From: Solirubrobacteraceae bacterium
GTDB taxonomy: Bacteria > Actinomycetota > Thermoleophilia > Solirubrobacterales > Solirubrobacteraceae
Reading direction: 5' to 3'
DNA: 64,000 bases
NCBI GenBank assembly: GCA_035484215.1
Contig: DATHPE010000008.1
Span: forward strand, 27,326-91,325
The notes under the pieces were generated by a model. That model made no database searches. It saw nothing but the letters and a program-made list of their open reading frames with translations, and was not told the DNA's origin. Below are positions 18,573-28,613 of the stretch, piece after piece. The position numbers were made by a program, and so were the translations under genes. Position 1 is the first letter of the stretch, and each line of letters begins with the position of its first letter.

Positions 18573-19271
18573 CTACTCCGCCGCGAAGAACTCCGGGTGG
18601 GCCGCCTTGATGTCCGGCAGGCTCGCCAGCACCATCTCCAGGTGGTGGCGCAGCGCCTTCTCGCCCTGGGCTGGCTTGTTGTGCGCGATCGCGTCCAGGA
18701 TCGCGTGGTGTTCGGCGATCATCTCGCTCGGGTAGTCGGGCTGGGTGAGGCTCAGGCGGCGGATGCGGTTGAGGTGGCCGCTCGCTCGCTGGCTCAGCGC
18801 CCACGCGATGCCGTGGCCGCTGAGGTCGCAGATCGCGCGGTGGAACTCATCGTCCAGGACGTACGAGCGATCGAGATCGCCGTCCGCGCTCGTCTCCGCC
18901 TGGCGGCGCAGGATCGCGCGCAGCGCCTCCACCGCTTCCGCGTCCGCGCGCTTGGCCGCGAGCTTCACCGCCGCGCATTCCAGCGACACGCGCACGAACT
19001 GCGCGTCCGCCACCGCCACCGGGCTGATGCGCGTCACGAACGTGCCCAGCTGGGGGACGATCTCCACCAGGCGGTCGTCGCGCAGGCGCACCAGCGCCTC
19101 ACGGATCGGCGTGCGGCTGACGCCGATCCGCAGCGCCAGGTCGTTCTCCGACAGCTGGTGTCCGGGCTCGAGCTCCACCGACACGATCGCCTCGCGCAGG
19201 AGCGCGTACACGTGCTGCCAGGTCGCGCCGCCGCGGAGGCGGTGCGCACGTGTGATCGCTAGCTCTGCCAT
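18573..19271 (-). CDS. GntR-family regulator (FCD domain)
   Basis: LEPGHQLSENDLALRIGVSRTPIREAL wHTH; DDEFH, EHHAILDAI. Confidence 0.92.
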   Translation of the reverse strand: MAELAITRAHRLRGGATWQHVYALLREAIVSVELEPGHQLSENDLALRIGVSRTPIREALVRLRDDRLVEIVPQLGTFVTRISPVAVADAQFVRVSLECAAVKLAAKRADAEAVEALRAILRRQAETSADGDLDRSYVLDDEFHRAICDLSGHGIAWALSQRASGHLNRIRRLSLTQPDYPSEMIAEHHAILDAIAHNKPAQGEKALRHHLEMVLASLPDIKAAHPEFFAAE

Positions 19272-19274
19272 ACC

Positions 19275-19290
19275 TGTATGCTTGCATACA
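19275..19290. promoter_or_regulatory. Palindromic GntR-type operator (likely autoregulation)
   Basis: Perfect inverted repeat TGTATGC-TT-GCATACA, 3 nt upstream of the GntR ATG. Confidence 0.7.
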
Positions 19291-19418
19291 AGTTGACCAG
19301 CTTCCCCCGCGCCGTCCGAGAGGGGCGCGCTGCGGGTAGAACTGCCGGCCTCATATCCCGCCGGTAGTAGTAGCACCCTCTCCTCCCCTCGCGGCCGGCG
19401 GGGCGACCGAACGTCGTC

Positions 19419-19444
19419 CCGCCGGCCGTATTTATGGCCGGCGG
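19419..19444 (-). terminator. Hairpin downstream of lpdA
   Basis: CCGCCGGCC-gtatttat-GGCCGGCGG, perfect 9-bp stem; no clear U-tract. Confidence 0.4.
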
Positions 19445-19476
19445 TGTTTCTGCGGGCGTGGTTGTACCGGTCGCAT

Positions 19477-20997
19477 TTATCGGCGGCGAGCCGGCGGCAG
19501 GTCCGTGATCGTGCCCTCCGCGACCTCGGCCGCCAGCGCGACCGTCTCGCTCAGCGTCGGGTGGGCGTGCACCGTCAGCGCCACGTCCTGCGTGTCCACG
19601 CCCAGCTCTAGCGCCAGGCCCGGCTCCGCGATCAGCTCGCCCGCGTTCGCGCCCACGATCCCCGCTCCCAGGAGCCTGTTCGTGTCGGGGTCGACGAGCA
19701 GCTTCGTCATGCCCTCCGTCGCGTCGCTCGCCAGCGCCCGGCCTGACGCGCTCCACGGGAACACCGCGCGCTTGTACTCAACGCCCGTGAGTTTCGCCTC
19801 CGTCTCCGTCAGGCCCACCCACGCGATCTCGGGGTCCGTGTACGCGACCGACGGGATCCCGCGGACGTCGAGCTCCACGTCCTCGCCCGCGATCACCTCC
19901 GCCGCCGCCTTGCCCTCGTGCGTCGCCTTGTGCGCCAGCATCGGCGGCCCCACCAGGTCGCCGATCGCGTAGATGTGCCGCGTGCTCGTGCGCTGCTGAG
20001 AGTCGACCGCCACGAAGCCGCGCCCGTCCACCGCCACGCCCACGTGCTCCAGGCCCAGCGACTGGCTGTTCGGCGCGCGCCCGACCGCCACCAGCACGCC
20101 GTCGAACACCTGCGGTTGCGGCGGGGAGGGCGCCGCGGCGGACTCGCCCCGCGCGCCGTACGCACCCGACGCGCTCGCATCCTCACCCGCGTCCGCGCTC
20201 GCGAAGCTCGCCCGCAGGCCACCCTCGACCGCCTCGATCGACGTCACGCGTGTGCGCAGGTGAATGCCCGCGTAGCGGTCCGTCAGACGGCGGCGCAGCG
20301 GCTCGACCAGGTCGGGGTCGCAGCCGGGCATCAGCTGCTCTGCGATCTCCACCACCGTTATCCGCGAGCCCAGCGCGTCGTACACCGTCGCCAGCTCCAG
20401 CCCGATGATGCCGCCGCCGATGACCAGCAGCCGCTCGGGGATCTCCTCCAGCTCCAGCGCGTCGGTCGAGTCCATCACGCGCGTGTCCTCGTAGGGGATG
20501 CCCGGGAGCCGGATCGCGCGCGAGCCAGTTGCCAGGATCGCGTGATCGAAGGACACCGTCGTCTCGCCCACCGCCAGCGTGTGGGGGCCGGTCAGCTGAC
20601 CCTCGCCGCGCAGCACCCGCACCCTGCGCAGCTTCGCCATCCCCGCGAGGCCCCCCGTCAGCTTCTCCACAGTCTCGCGCTTCCAGTCGCGCAGCTGCCC
20701 CAGCTCGATCCGCGGCGGCCCGAAGGAGATGCCGTGCGCCGCCGCGCGCTCGGCGTCAGCGATCACCTTCGCCACGTGCAGCAGCGCCTTCGACGGGATG
20801 CAGCCGACGTTCAGGCACACCCCGCCCAGCGTCTCGTGGCGCTCCACCAGGACAACCTCCAGACCGAGGTCCGCCGCGCGGAACGCGGCCGTGTAGCCGC
20901 CCGGGCCGGCGCCGAGGACCAGAACCTGCGCGTGGATCTCACCGCCCCGCTCGACCGCCTCGCCAGCCGCGCCCCGCGAGCGCTCGCCAGCGCTCAC
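19477..20997 (-). CDS. lpdA: Dihydrolipoamide dehydrogenase (E3)
   Basis: GAGPGGY, GGVCLNVGCIPSK, GGGIIGLE, LAHKATHEG, HAHPTLSE; GTG overlaps the aceF stop. Confidence 0.95.
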   Translation of the reverse strand: MSAGERSRGAAGEAVERGGEIHAQVLVLGAGPGGYTAAFRAADLGLEVVLVERHETLGGVCLNVGCIPSKALLHVAKVIADAERAAAHGISFGPPRIELGQLRDWKRETVEKLTGGLAGMAKLRRVRVLRGEGQLTGPHTLAVGETTVSFDHAILATGSRAIRLPGIPYEDTRVMDSTDALELEEIPERLLVIGGGIIGLELATVYDALGSRITVVEIAEQLMPGCDPDLVEPLRRRLTDRYAGIHLRTRVTSIEAVEGGLRASFASADAGEDASASGAYGARGESAAAPSPPQPQVFDGVLVAVGRAPNSQSLGLEHVGVAVDGRGFVAVDSQQRTSTRHIYAIGDLVGPPMLAHKATHEGKAAAEVIAGEDVELDVRGIPSVAYTDPEIAWVGLTETEAKLTGVEYKRAVFPWSASGRALASDATEGMTKLLVDPDTNRLLGAGIVGANAGELIAEPGLALELGVDTQDVALTVHAHPTLSETVALAAEVAEGTITDLPPARRR

Positions 20998-22337
20998 AGC
21001 AGCACCCGGCGCATGTCCGCCAGAAGCCCCGCCAGATGCGCGCAGAAGCGCGCCGCCGCCGCCCCGTCGATCACGCGGTGGTCGTAGGACAGCGACAGCG
21101 GCAGCATCAGGCGCGGCTGGAACTGCTGGCCGTCCCACACCGGCCTCATCGCCGCGCGCACCACGCCCAGGATCGCGACCTCCGGCGCGTTGACGATCGG
21201 CGTGAACGACGTCCCGCCGATGCCGCCCAGGCTCGAGATCGTGAACGTCGCGCCGCTCATCTCCTCCGCCGACAGGCGCCGCGCGCGCGCCTTCGCCGAC
21301 AGCTCCGTCAGCTCCCCCGCCAGCTCCAGCAGTCCCTTGCGCTCCACGTCGCGGATCACCGGCACGACCAGCCCCTGGGGGGTGTCCGCCGCGAAGCCCA
21401 GGTGGTAGTAGCGCTTGAGCACCAGCTCCTCGCCATCGAGCGACGCGTTGAACTGGGGGTACGCCTGCAACGCCGCCGCCGCAGCCTTCAACAGCAGCGC
21501 CACCATCGTCACCTTCACCTCCGACTGCTCCCCGTTCAGCCGCTTGCGAAACGCCTCCAGGTCGGTGATGTCCGCGTCCTCGTCGTGGGTGACGTGCGGG
21601 ATCCTCACCCAGTTGCGCGCCAGGTTCGCCCCTGTCAGCTGCTGGATGCGCGTCAGCGGCACCCGCTCGATCTCGCCGTACTTGGCGAAGTCCACGCTCG
21701 GCCACGGCGCCAGGCCGAGCGAGTCCGCGCCCGCGCCGGGAGTGCCGCCTGCACCATTCGCCGCGCCGGTGGCCGCGACCAGCGGTCGGTCGAGGTCCTC
21801 CAGCGTGATCCGTCCGCGCCGGCCGCTGCCCGTCACCGTGCGCAGGTCGATCCCACGCTCGCGGGCCACGCGGCGCACAGCCGGGCCGGCGTACACGTCG
21901 CCCCAGTCGCGTGCCGGCTCGGCCGGTGCCTCGTCCTCGCCGCCGGGGATCGTCGCGGCGTCGGCGCCATCCGTGGGCGCATCCGCCACGAGGGCGCCGT
22001 CGCCGGCCAAATCCTCGCCCCTCGCCGTGTCGGCGCCGGGCCGGACTTCGACCGCGCGCTCGGTTCCGCTCCCACGCGCATCGTCAACCGCCGCGCCATC
22101 CACATCAATCCTCAAGATCGGCGTCCCCTCAGACACCTTGTCGCCGACCGACACCAGGATCTCGCGCACCACCCCCGCCAGCGGCGCCGGGATCTCCATC
22201 GTGGCCTTGTCGGACTCGATCGCCACCAGCGGGTCCTCCACCGCGACCGCGTCGCCCACCGCGACCAGGATCTCGATCACGGGAACGTCCGCGAAGTCGC
22301 CGATGTCGGGGACGGCGATCTCTGTCAGCGTGTCCAT
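20994..22337 (-). CDS. aceF: Dihydrolipoamide acetyltransferase (E2), single lipoyl domain
   Basis: VPDIGDF, IESDKATMEIP, AGPAVRRVARE, TISSLGGIGG, LSYDHRVIDG. Confidence 0.93.
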   Translation of the reverse strand: MDTLTEIAVPDIGDFADVPVIEILVAVGDAVAVEDPLVAIESDKATMEIPAPLAGVVREILVSVGDKVSEGTPILRIDVDGAAVDDARGSGTERAVEVRPGADTARGEDLAGDGALVADAPTDGADAATIPGGEDEAPAEPARDWGDVYAGPAVRRVARERGIDLRTVTGSGRRGRITLEDLDRPLVAATGAANGAGGTPGAGADSLGLAPWPSVDFAKYGEIERVPLTRIQQLTGANLARNWVRIPHVTHDEDADITDLEAFRKRLNGEQSEVKVTMVALLLKAAAAALQAYPQFNASLDGEELVLKRYYHLGFAADTPQGLVVPVIRDVERKGLLELAGELTELSAKARARRLSAEEMSGATFTISSLGGIGGTSFTPIVNAPEVAILGVVRAAMRPVWDGQQFQPRLMLPLSLSYDHRVIDGAAAARFCAHLAGLLADMRRVLL

Positions 22338-24955
22338 GGCGGCGCCACCTCCGGGTCGATGTCGAAGTCCTCGATCGCCCTCTGCGCGTCCGCGGAGCGA
22401 CCGAGGGCGTGCAGGGCGGCGACCGTCACGTGGTGGCGGTCGACCTCGAAGAAGCGGCGCAGCACGCGCCTGTAGTCGCTGCGTCCGAAGCCGTCGGTGC
22501 CGAGCGTCGAGTACGGCCCGCCCACCCACGGGCGGATCTGCTCGGGCACCGAGCGCACGTAGTCGGTCGCCGCGATCACCGGCACCCCGCCCGCGCCCAG
22601 GCAGTCCTGGACGTAGCTGCCGCGCGGCGGCGCCGTCGGGTGCAGGCGGCTCGCGCGGTCGGCCTCGATGCCGTCGCGCGCCAGCTCCGAGAACGACGTC
22701 ACGCTCCACACCTCCGCGTCCACGCCGAAGCCCTCCAGCAGCGCCGCCGCGGCGATCACCTCGCGCAGGATCGTGCCCGAGCCGAGCAGGCGCACAGCCG
22801 GCGCGCCCGCGGCCGCGCGGATCCGGTGCAGCCCCCGCAGGATCCCCTCCTCGGCCCCCTCCGGCATCGCCGGCTGCGCGTAGTTCTCGTTCATCACCGT
22901 CAGGTAGTAGAACGCGTCCTGCTGCTCCTCCAGCAGCCGGCGCAGGCCGTCCTGCACGATCACCGCAACCTCGTACGCGAACGCCGGGTCATACGCGCGG
23001 CAGTTGGGGATCGCCGACGCCAGCAGGTGGCTGTGGCCGTCCTCGTGCTGCAGACCCTCGCCGTTGAGCGTCGTGCGCCCCGCCGTCCCGCCGATCAGAA
23101 AGCCGCGCGCGCGGCTGTCGCCCGCCGCCCACGCCAGATCGCCGATCCGCTGGAAGCCGAACATCGAGTAGAAGATGTAGAACGGGATCGTCGGGAAGTC
23201 GTGGTTGGAGTAGGACGTCGCCGCCGCGATCCACGAGGAGAACGCGCCCGGCTCGTTGATTCCCTCCTGCAGTATCTGCCCGCCGCGATCCTCGCGGTAG
23301 AACATCAGCTGCTCGGAGTCCTCCGGCTGATACAGCTGGCCGACCTGCGAGAAGATCCCCAGCTGGCGGAACATCCCCTCCATCCCGAACGTGCGCGACT
23401 CGTCGGGCACGATCGGGATGACCCGCTTGCCGATCTGCTTGTCGCGCACGAGCGCCGACAGGATGCGCACGAACGCCATCGTCGTCGAGATCTCGCGCTC
23501 GCCCGTGCCGTCCAGCTGCGACTGAAAGCTCGCCAGCGCCGGCGCGTGCAGGCGCTCGGCGCGGCGGCGGCGGGCGGGCAGCGCGCCGCCCAGCTCCGCG
23601 CGGCGCTCGCGCAGGTAGCTCAGCTCGGGGCCGTCGGCGGGCGGGAGGTAGAGGTCGCCCGCGCGCGCCTGCTCGTCGCTCAGCGGCAGCTCGAAGCGGT
23701 CGCGGAAGGCGATCAGCGCCTCCTCGGTCATCTTCTTCTGCTGGTGGGTGATGTTCTGGCCCTCGCCCGCCGCGCCCATGCCGTAGCCCTTGATCGTCTT
23801 CGCCAGGATCACCGTCGGCTGGCCGCGGTGCTCGGACGCCGAGCGGTACGCCGCGAACACCTTGCGCGGGTCGTGGCCGCCGCGGTTCAGCGCCCACACC
23901 TGCTCGTCGCTGAGATCCGCCACCAGCTCGCGCAGCGCCGGCGAGGCGCCGAAGAAGTGCTCGCGCACGTACGCGCCGTTGCGCGACTTGTACGTCTGGT
24001 AGTCGCCGTCCAGCGCCTCGTCCATGCGCCGCACCAGCGCGCCATCGGTGTCCGCCGCCAGCAGCGGGTCCCAGCGCGAGCCCCAGATCACCTTGATCAC
24101 GTTCCAGCCGGCGCCGCGGAAGTTGGTCTCCAGCTCCTGGATGATCTTGCCGTTGCCGCGCACCGGGCCGTCCAGGCGCTGCAGGTTGCAGTTGACCACG
24201 AACACCAGGTTGTCGAGGTGTTCGCGCGCCGCCAGCGAGATCGAGCCCATCGACTCCGGCTCGTCCATCTCGCCGTCGCCCATGAACGCCCACACCTTGC
24301 GCCCCTCCGTCTCACGCAGCTCGCGCGCCGACAGGTACTTCATGAAGCGGGCCTGGTAGATCGCCATCAGCGGCCCGAGCCCCATCGACACCGTCGGGAA
24401 CTGCCAGAGGTCGGGCATCAGCCACGGGTGCGGGTAAGAGGACAGCCCCTCGCCGCCGATCTCCTGACGGAAGTTGCGCACGCGGCGCTCGTCCAGGCGG
24501 CCTTCCAGGAACGCGCGTGCGTAGATGCCCGGAGCGGAGTGGCCCTGGATGTAGATCAGATCCCCTCCGTGGCCCTCGTGCGGCGCGTGCCAGAAGTGGT
24601 TGAAGCCGACCTCGTACAGCGTCGCCGCTGATTGGTAGCTGGCGATATGGCCGCCCAGCTCGGAGGACTCGCGGTTGGCCTGCACCACCATCGCCATCGC
24701 GTTCCAGCGCACGAGCGCGCGCAGGCGCTCTTCCATCGCGCCGTCACCCGGCATCGCCGGCTCGTCAGCCACCGCGATCGAGTTCACATACGGCGTCGTC
24801 AGATCACCGAGCGGGTACAGGCCTTCGATCCGTGCGTGCTCGAGCAGCGCCTCCAGGAGCTCCGCGCCGCGGTCGTGGCCCTCGTGGCGGAGCACGTCGT
24901 CGAGCGCGCTCAACCACTCGCTCGTCTCCAGCTCAACGTCCCCATCGGCCGGCAT
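22325..24955 (-). CDS. aceE: Pyruvate dehydrogenase E1, homodimeric AceE type
   Basis: ETSEWL, GGHIASYQS, QGHSAPGIYARA, FPTVSMGLGP, GDGEMDE, NCNLQRLDGPV, GTDGFGRSD. Confidence 0.95.
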   Translation of the reverse strand: MPADGDVELETSEWLSALDDVLRHEGHDRGAELLEALLEHARIEGLYPLGDLTTPYVNSIAVADEPAMPGDGAMEERLRALVRWNAMAMVVQANRESSELGGHIASYQSAATLYEVGFNHFWHAPHEGHGGDLIYIQGHSAPGIYARAFLEGRLDERRVRNFRQEIGGEGLSSYPHPWLMPDLWQFPTVSMGLGPLMAIYQARFMKYLSARELRETEGRKVWAFMGDGEMDEPESMGSISLAAREHLDNLVFVVNCNLQRLDGPVRGNGKIIQELETNFRGAGWNVIKVIWGSRWDPLLAADTDGALVRRMDEALDGDYQTYKSRNGAYVREHFFGASPALRELVADLSDEQVWALNRGGHDPRKVFAAYRSASEHRGQPTVILAKTIKGYGMGAAGEGQNITHQQKKMTEEALIAFRDRFELPLSDEQARAGDLYLPPADGPELSYLRERRAELGGALPARRRRAERLHAPALASFQSQLDGTGEREISTTMAFVRILSALVRDKQIGKRVIPIVPDESRTFGMEGMFRQLGIFSQVGQLYQPEDSEQLMFYREDRGGQILQEGINEPGAFSSWIAAATSYSNHDFPTIPFYIFYSMFGFQRIGDLAWAAGDSRARGFLIGGTAGRTTLNGEGLQHEDGHSHLLASAIPNCRAYDPAFAYEVAVIVQDGLRRLLEEQQDAFYYLTVMNENYAQPAMPEGAEEGILRGLHRIRAAAGAPAVRLLGSGTILREVIAAAALLEGFGVDAEVWSVTSFSELARDGIEADRASRLHPTAPPRGSYVQDCLGAGGVPVIAATDYVRSVPEQIRPWVGGPYSTLGTDGFGRSDYRRVLRRFFEVDRHHVTVAALHALGRSADAQRAIEDFDIDPEVAPPWTR

Positions 24956-24958
24956 CAG

Positions 24959-24972
24959 ACTAGTATACTAGT
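24959..24972. promoter_or_regulatory. Perfect 14-bp palindrome overlapping a -10 element for leaderless aceE
   Basis: ACTAGTATACTAGT in an 18-bp intergenic gap; minus strand reads TATACT-agtctg-ATG. Confidence 0.65.
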
Positions 24973-24973
24973 A

Positions 24974-25882
24974 TCACACGCCGAGCTCGTCCATATAGCG
25001 ATCCAGGATACGCCGGCCCACCGCGTCGAGCGGGACATCCGGTGCACGCAGGTCCGCGACGGTCAGCACGCCGCGCTTGCACAGGACGTACTTGGCCGTG
25101 GCGTTGTAGTGGTCGATCGTCTGCATCTGGAAGGTGAGCATCGGCAGCAGCGCGCGCATGCGCGCGCGTGCCTCCTCGACGTTCTCGGCGCTCCACAGCT
25201 CGTAGACGTCAACCAGTCGATCGACGAGATCCACGCCCGGAGCGACGCCGCCGGCGCCCTCTTCAAGGCAGTCGAGCAGGTACAGCCCGCCGCTGCCGCA
25301 GAACAGCGTGACGCGCCCGTCGAAGACGGATGACCAGCTGGCGAGACCGCACGCGCCCACCTCCAGCTTGACCGCCGCCAGGTTGGGGATGCTCTCGAGC
25401 AGCTCCTGCACGACCTCCGGGCCGACCTCGACGCTGAGGTACTCGGGGGCGTCCTGGATCATCACGGGCAGGTCTGTGGCGGCGGCGATCTCCTGGAAGT
25501 AGCGCACGAGCGCCGGCCGCGACGCCGGGGCGGTCAGCGGCGGCGGGATCACCACTCCGTCGGCGCCCGCGTCCGCGGCGGCCTTGGCGAGGCGCACGGA
25601 CGTGTGCGTGGCCTCCGTTCCCACGCCGGCGAGCACCGGCACCGCTCCGTTGGTCTCCTGCGCGATCGCGCGCAGCAGCTCGATGCGCTCCTGCGGCGTG
25701 ATGCGGAACACCTCGCCCGCGAGCCCGAAGCAGATGAGCCCGTGAGCGCCGCCGTCGAGAGCGAACCTCGTGATCGCCCGCTGGCCCGCGAGGTCGAGAT
25801 CCCCGGTGTCCGTGAAGGGTGTCGCAAGGCTCGGGAAGATGCCTCGCCACGCGGTGGGATGTTGGGCCTCGGTCATAGACAT
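24974..25882 (-). CDS. DapA/NAL-family class I aldolase or lyase (not a canonical DHDPS)
   Basis: GIFPSLATPF, GLAGE (in place of GTTGE), MIQDAP, VKLE (Schiff-base Lys). Confidence 0.85.
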   Translation of the reverse strand: MSMTEAQHPTAWRGIFPSLATPFTDTGDLDLAGQRAITRFALDGGAHGLICFGLAGEVFRITPQERIELLRAIAQETNGAVPVLAGVGTEATHTSVRLAKAAADAGADGVVIPPPLTAPASRPALVRYFQEIAAATDLPVMIQDAPEYLSVEVGPEVVQELLESIPNLAAVKLEVGACGLASWSSVFDGRVTLFCGSGGLYLLDCLEEGAGGVAPGVDLVDRLVDVYELWSAENVEEARARMRALLPMLTFQMQTIDHYNATAKYVLCKRGVLTVADLRAPDVPLDAVGRRILDRYMDELGV

Positions 25883-26062
25883 ATGATCACCATGTGAGAT
25901 GGTCAGCGCCCAGGCTACACGCTGGCGTCCTGGAAATCAAGGCCCTGGGTCGTGAAATCTGCGATCCACAAGCTGAATGTTGACATCTCTGCATATGACT
26001 ATATATGCTTGTCCACGTTCGAGACAAGCAGTTCGAGCCTCAAGGGGAGACAAGGGGAGATC

Positions 26063-27643
26063 ATGAGAAACAGCAGATACTGCGTGGCGTTCCTGGCAGC
26101 CATCGCGACCGCGCTGCTGGCAGCCGGATGTGGAGGAAGCTCCTCGACGAGCAACTCCGCGGCCAGCACCAGCTCCGAAGCGCCACATCGCGGCGGCAAC
26201 CTGATCTTCGCGCGCGCCTACGAGCCGATCACCTTCGATCCGCTGAAGACCGAGGGCGACAACGGCTCGCTCTGGGACATGATGCAGATCTACGACCAGC
26301 TCGTGGAGTACCGGCCGGGCACGTACAACGTCCAGCCCGGGCTGGCGAGCTCGTGGACGATCTCCCCCAACGGCCTCCGCTACACGTTCAAGCTGCGCAA
26401 AGCGCGCTTCTCCAACGGCGAACCGGTGACCGCGCAGGACGTCAAGTTCTCGGTCGACCGCTTCGCCAGCCCCAAGACCGACGCCGCGTACGCGGAATTC
26501 CTGGCCGCGGAGTTCAAGTCGAGCTCGGCGCCGAACCCCGAAACCTTCGTCATCGAACTGAAGAAGCCCGACGCCGGCTTTCTCGCCGCGCTCGCCGTGC
26601 CCGTCGCCTCGATCGTGCCACAGGCCGTCGTGGAACGCGAGGGCAGCGAATTCAGCAGCCATCCGGTCGGCAGCGGGCCGTTCATGCTCGCCAGCTGGGT
26701 GCGCGGGCAGTACGTCAAGCTCGTGCGCAACCCCTACTACTGGCGCACCGGTCTGCCGTATCTGAACAGCGTCACGATCAACTACGTGCCCAACGACAAC
26801 ACGCGCGTGCTGCAGGTGACCTCCGGACAGGCCGACGTGGCCGAGTCGATCCCCTACACGCAGGTGTCGGAGCTCTCCGCGCAGCCCGACGTGAGCGTGC
26901 AGAGCGCGCCGATCGTCGCGTATGACGCGATCTGGCTGAACGACAGCTACGGCCCTCTCTCGGAAGTCAAGGTTCGCCAAGCGCTCAACTACGCGCTGAA
27001 CAAGCAGGCCATCAACCAGTCCGTCTACGCCGGCAAGGCCGAAGTCAACAACAGCACGCTCGCCCAGACCAAGTTCTGGTCCTCCAAAGTCTCGGCCTAC
27101 GCCTACGACGTGGCGAAGGCCAAGGAACTGATGGCCGCGTCGAAGTACCCCAAGGGCTTCAGCCTGTCACTGAAAGTGCCCGCCGGCGACACCGTCTACG
27201 GCGCCCTGGCGCTGATCGCCAAGGAAGAGTGGAGCCAGATCGGCGTCAACGTCACGATTGAGCCCGTGGAAACCAACACCCTGTTCTCCGAATACTCCTC
27301 CGGTAACTACCAGGCCGCGATCCCGCAGCCGGCGACCACCAGCGACGTGCTCGTGCCCGAGGAGCTCGCGCTCGCCTGGCTGGTCTACACGCCCAGCTAC
27401 CAGAGCTACTTCACGCAGTACAAGGACCCCGCGGTCGAGTCGCTCGTGCTGCAGGCCGACAGGTCCACCAGCGAAGCCGAACAGGCCAAGCTGTGGCCCG
27501 AAATCCAGGAGAAGTCGTTGGCCGACGCTCCCTGGGTGCCCGTCGTGTTCCCGCCGGAGCTGACCGCGGTGCGCAGCAACGTCGCGCACTTCCAGACGCT
27601 GCGGACCGGTTGGTGGGAACTGGCCGAAACCTGGCTTCGATAA
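26063..27643 (+). CDS. ABC transporter substrate-binding lipoprotein (family 5, Dpp/Opp-like)
   Basis: LLAAGC lipobox; YTFKLRKARFSNGEPVTAQDV, PVGSGPF, VRQALNYA; duplicated CAAGGGGAGA RBS at 26041-26060. Confidence 0.93.
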   Translation: MRNSRYCVAFLAAIATALLAAGCGGSSSTSNSAASTSSEAPHRGGNLIFARAYEPITFDPLKTEGDNGSLWDMMQIYDQLVEYRPGTYNVQPGLASSWTISPNGLRYTFKLRKARFSNGEPVTAQDVKFSVDRFASPKTDAAYAEFLAAEFKSSSAPNPETFVIELKKPDAGFLAALAVPVASIVPQAVVEREGSEFSSHPVGSGPFMLASWVRGQYVKLVRNPYYWRTGLPYLNSVTINYVPNDNTRVLQVTSGQADVAESIPYTQVSELSAQPDVSVQSAPIVAYDAIWLNDSYGPLSEVKVRQALNYALNKQAINQSVYAGKAEVNNSTLAQTKFWSSKVSAYAYDVAKAKELMAASKYPKGFSLSLKVPAGDTVYGALALIAKEEWSQIGVNVTIEPVETNTLFSEYSSGNYQAAIPQPATTSDVLVPEELALAWLVYTPSYQSYFTQYKDPAVESLVLQADRSTSEAEQAKLWPEIQEKSLADAPWVPVVFPPELTAVRSNVAHFQTLRTGWWELAETWLR

Positions 27644-27665
27644 GGGTGAATGGGGCGGGCGAGCG

Positions 27666-28613
27666 GTGACGAGCGCGAAAGCCAGCCGGCGTGTCCTTCA
27701 GTCACTGCTGGTCCTGGTCGGCGTCTCGATCGTCTCGTTCGCCCTCATTCACCTAGTGCCCGGAGATCCGGCGCGCATCGCCCTCGGCCCCCGTGCCACG
27801 TTGAGGGCGGTCGACGCCGCACGGCGCACCCTGGGCCTGGACAAGCCGCTCATCACCCAGTACCTGGACTTCGTCACGGGCGCGCTGCGCGGCAACCTCG
27901 GCTACTCGATCCAGCAGCGCGCGAGCGTGAGCAGCCTGCTCGCCAACCGCATCCTGCCGAGCATCCTGCTGGTGCTCTACGCGACCGTGCTCGCTGTCCT
28001 TCTGGCGGTGCCCCTTGGCCTGATCTCAGCGCTGAAGCGCGATCGCCTGCCCGACCACGTGATCAGGATCGTGACCATGGTCACCTTCGCGATGCCGGCG
28101 TTCTGGCTCGGGCTGGTGCTCGTCGAGCTGCTCAGCCTGCGCGCCCACCTGCTGCCGGTCTCCGGGTACGGCGGGAGCTTCGCGGAAAAGCTGAAGGACC
28201 TCCTGCTTCCCGCGCTGACGATCGCCCTCTACCTCGCGCCGATGCTCATCAGGACGCTGCGCAGCAGCGTCATCGACGTGCTCGACAGCGACTTCGTCGA
28301 GGCGGCCCGCGCGCGGGGCCTGTCCGAGCGGCGTGTGGTTCTCAAGCACGTGCTGCGCAACGCGAGCATCGCCACCGTGACCGTGCTCGCCGTCAACCTC
28401 GGCTTCCTCATCAGCGGCACCGTGGTGATCGAGGTCGTGTTCGACATCCCGGGCCTCGGCTCGCTGATAGTGACAGCCGTGGAGTCGCGGGACTTCCCCG
28501 TCGTGCAGGCGCTCACGCTGATCTTCGGCGCGTTCGTCATCGCCGTCAACCTGCTCGCGGATCTCGCCTACGCGGTGATCGATCCACGGGTGCGCCAGGC
28601 ATCGGCGACATGA
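27666..28613 (+). CDS. ABC permease (DppB-like)
   Basis: LVPGDPA, GLDKPLITQY, EAARARGL (EAA motif), IEVVFDIPGLG. Confidence 0.93.
   Translation: MTSAKASRRVLQSLLVLVGVSIVSFALIHLVPGDPARIALGPRATLRAVDAARRTLGLDKPLITQYLDFVTGALRGNLGYSIQQRASVSSLLANRILPSILLVLYATVLAVLLAVPLGLISALKRDRLPDHVIRIVTMVTFAMPAFWLGLVLVELLSLRAHLLPVSGYGGSFAEKLKDLLLPALTIALYLAPMLIRTLRSSVIDVLDSDFVEAARARGLSERRVVLKHVLRNASIATVTVLAVNLGFLISGTVVIEVVFDIPGLGSLIVTAVESRDFPVVQALTLIFGAFVIAVNLLADLAYAVIDPRVRQASAT

Noticed and set aside
19477-21705. 742-aa ORF as an extended or fused LpdA
   Set aside because: The N-terminal extension is an off-frame read of aceF; the real start is the GTG at 20997 overlapping the aceF stop.
24974-25882. dapA (lysine biosynthesis)
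   Set aside because: GTTGE and the YN.P motif are replaced by GLAGE and QDAP, and the context is catabolic.
26041-26060. Tandem CAAGGGGAGA as a regulatory repeat
   Set aside because: Most simply a 10-bp slippage duplication of the RBS.
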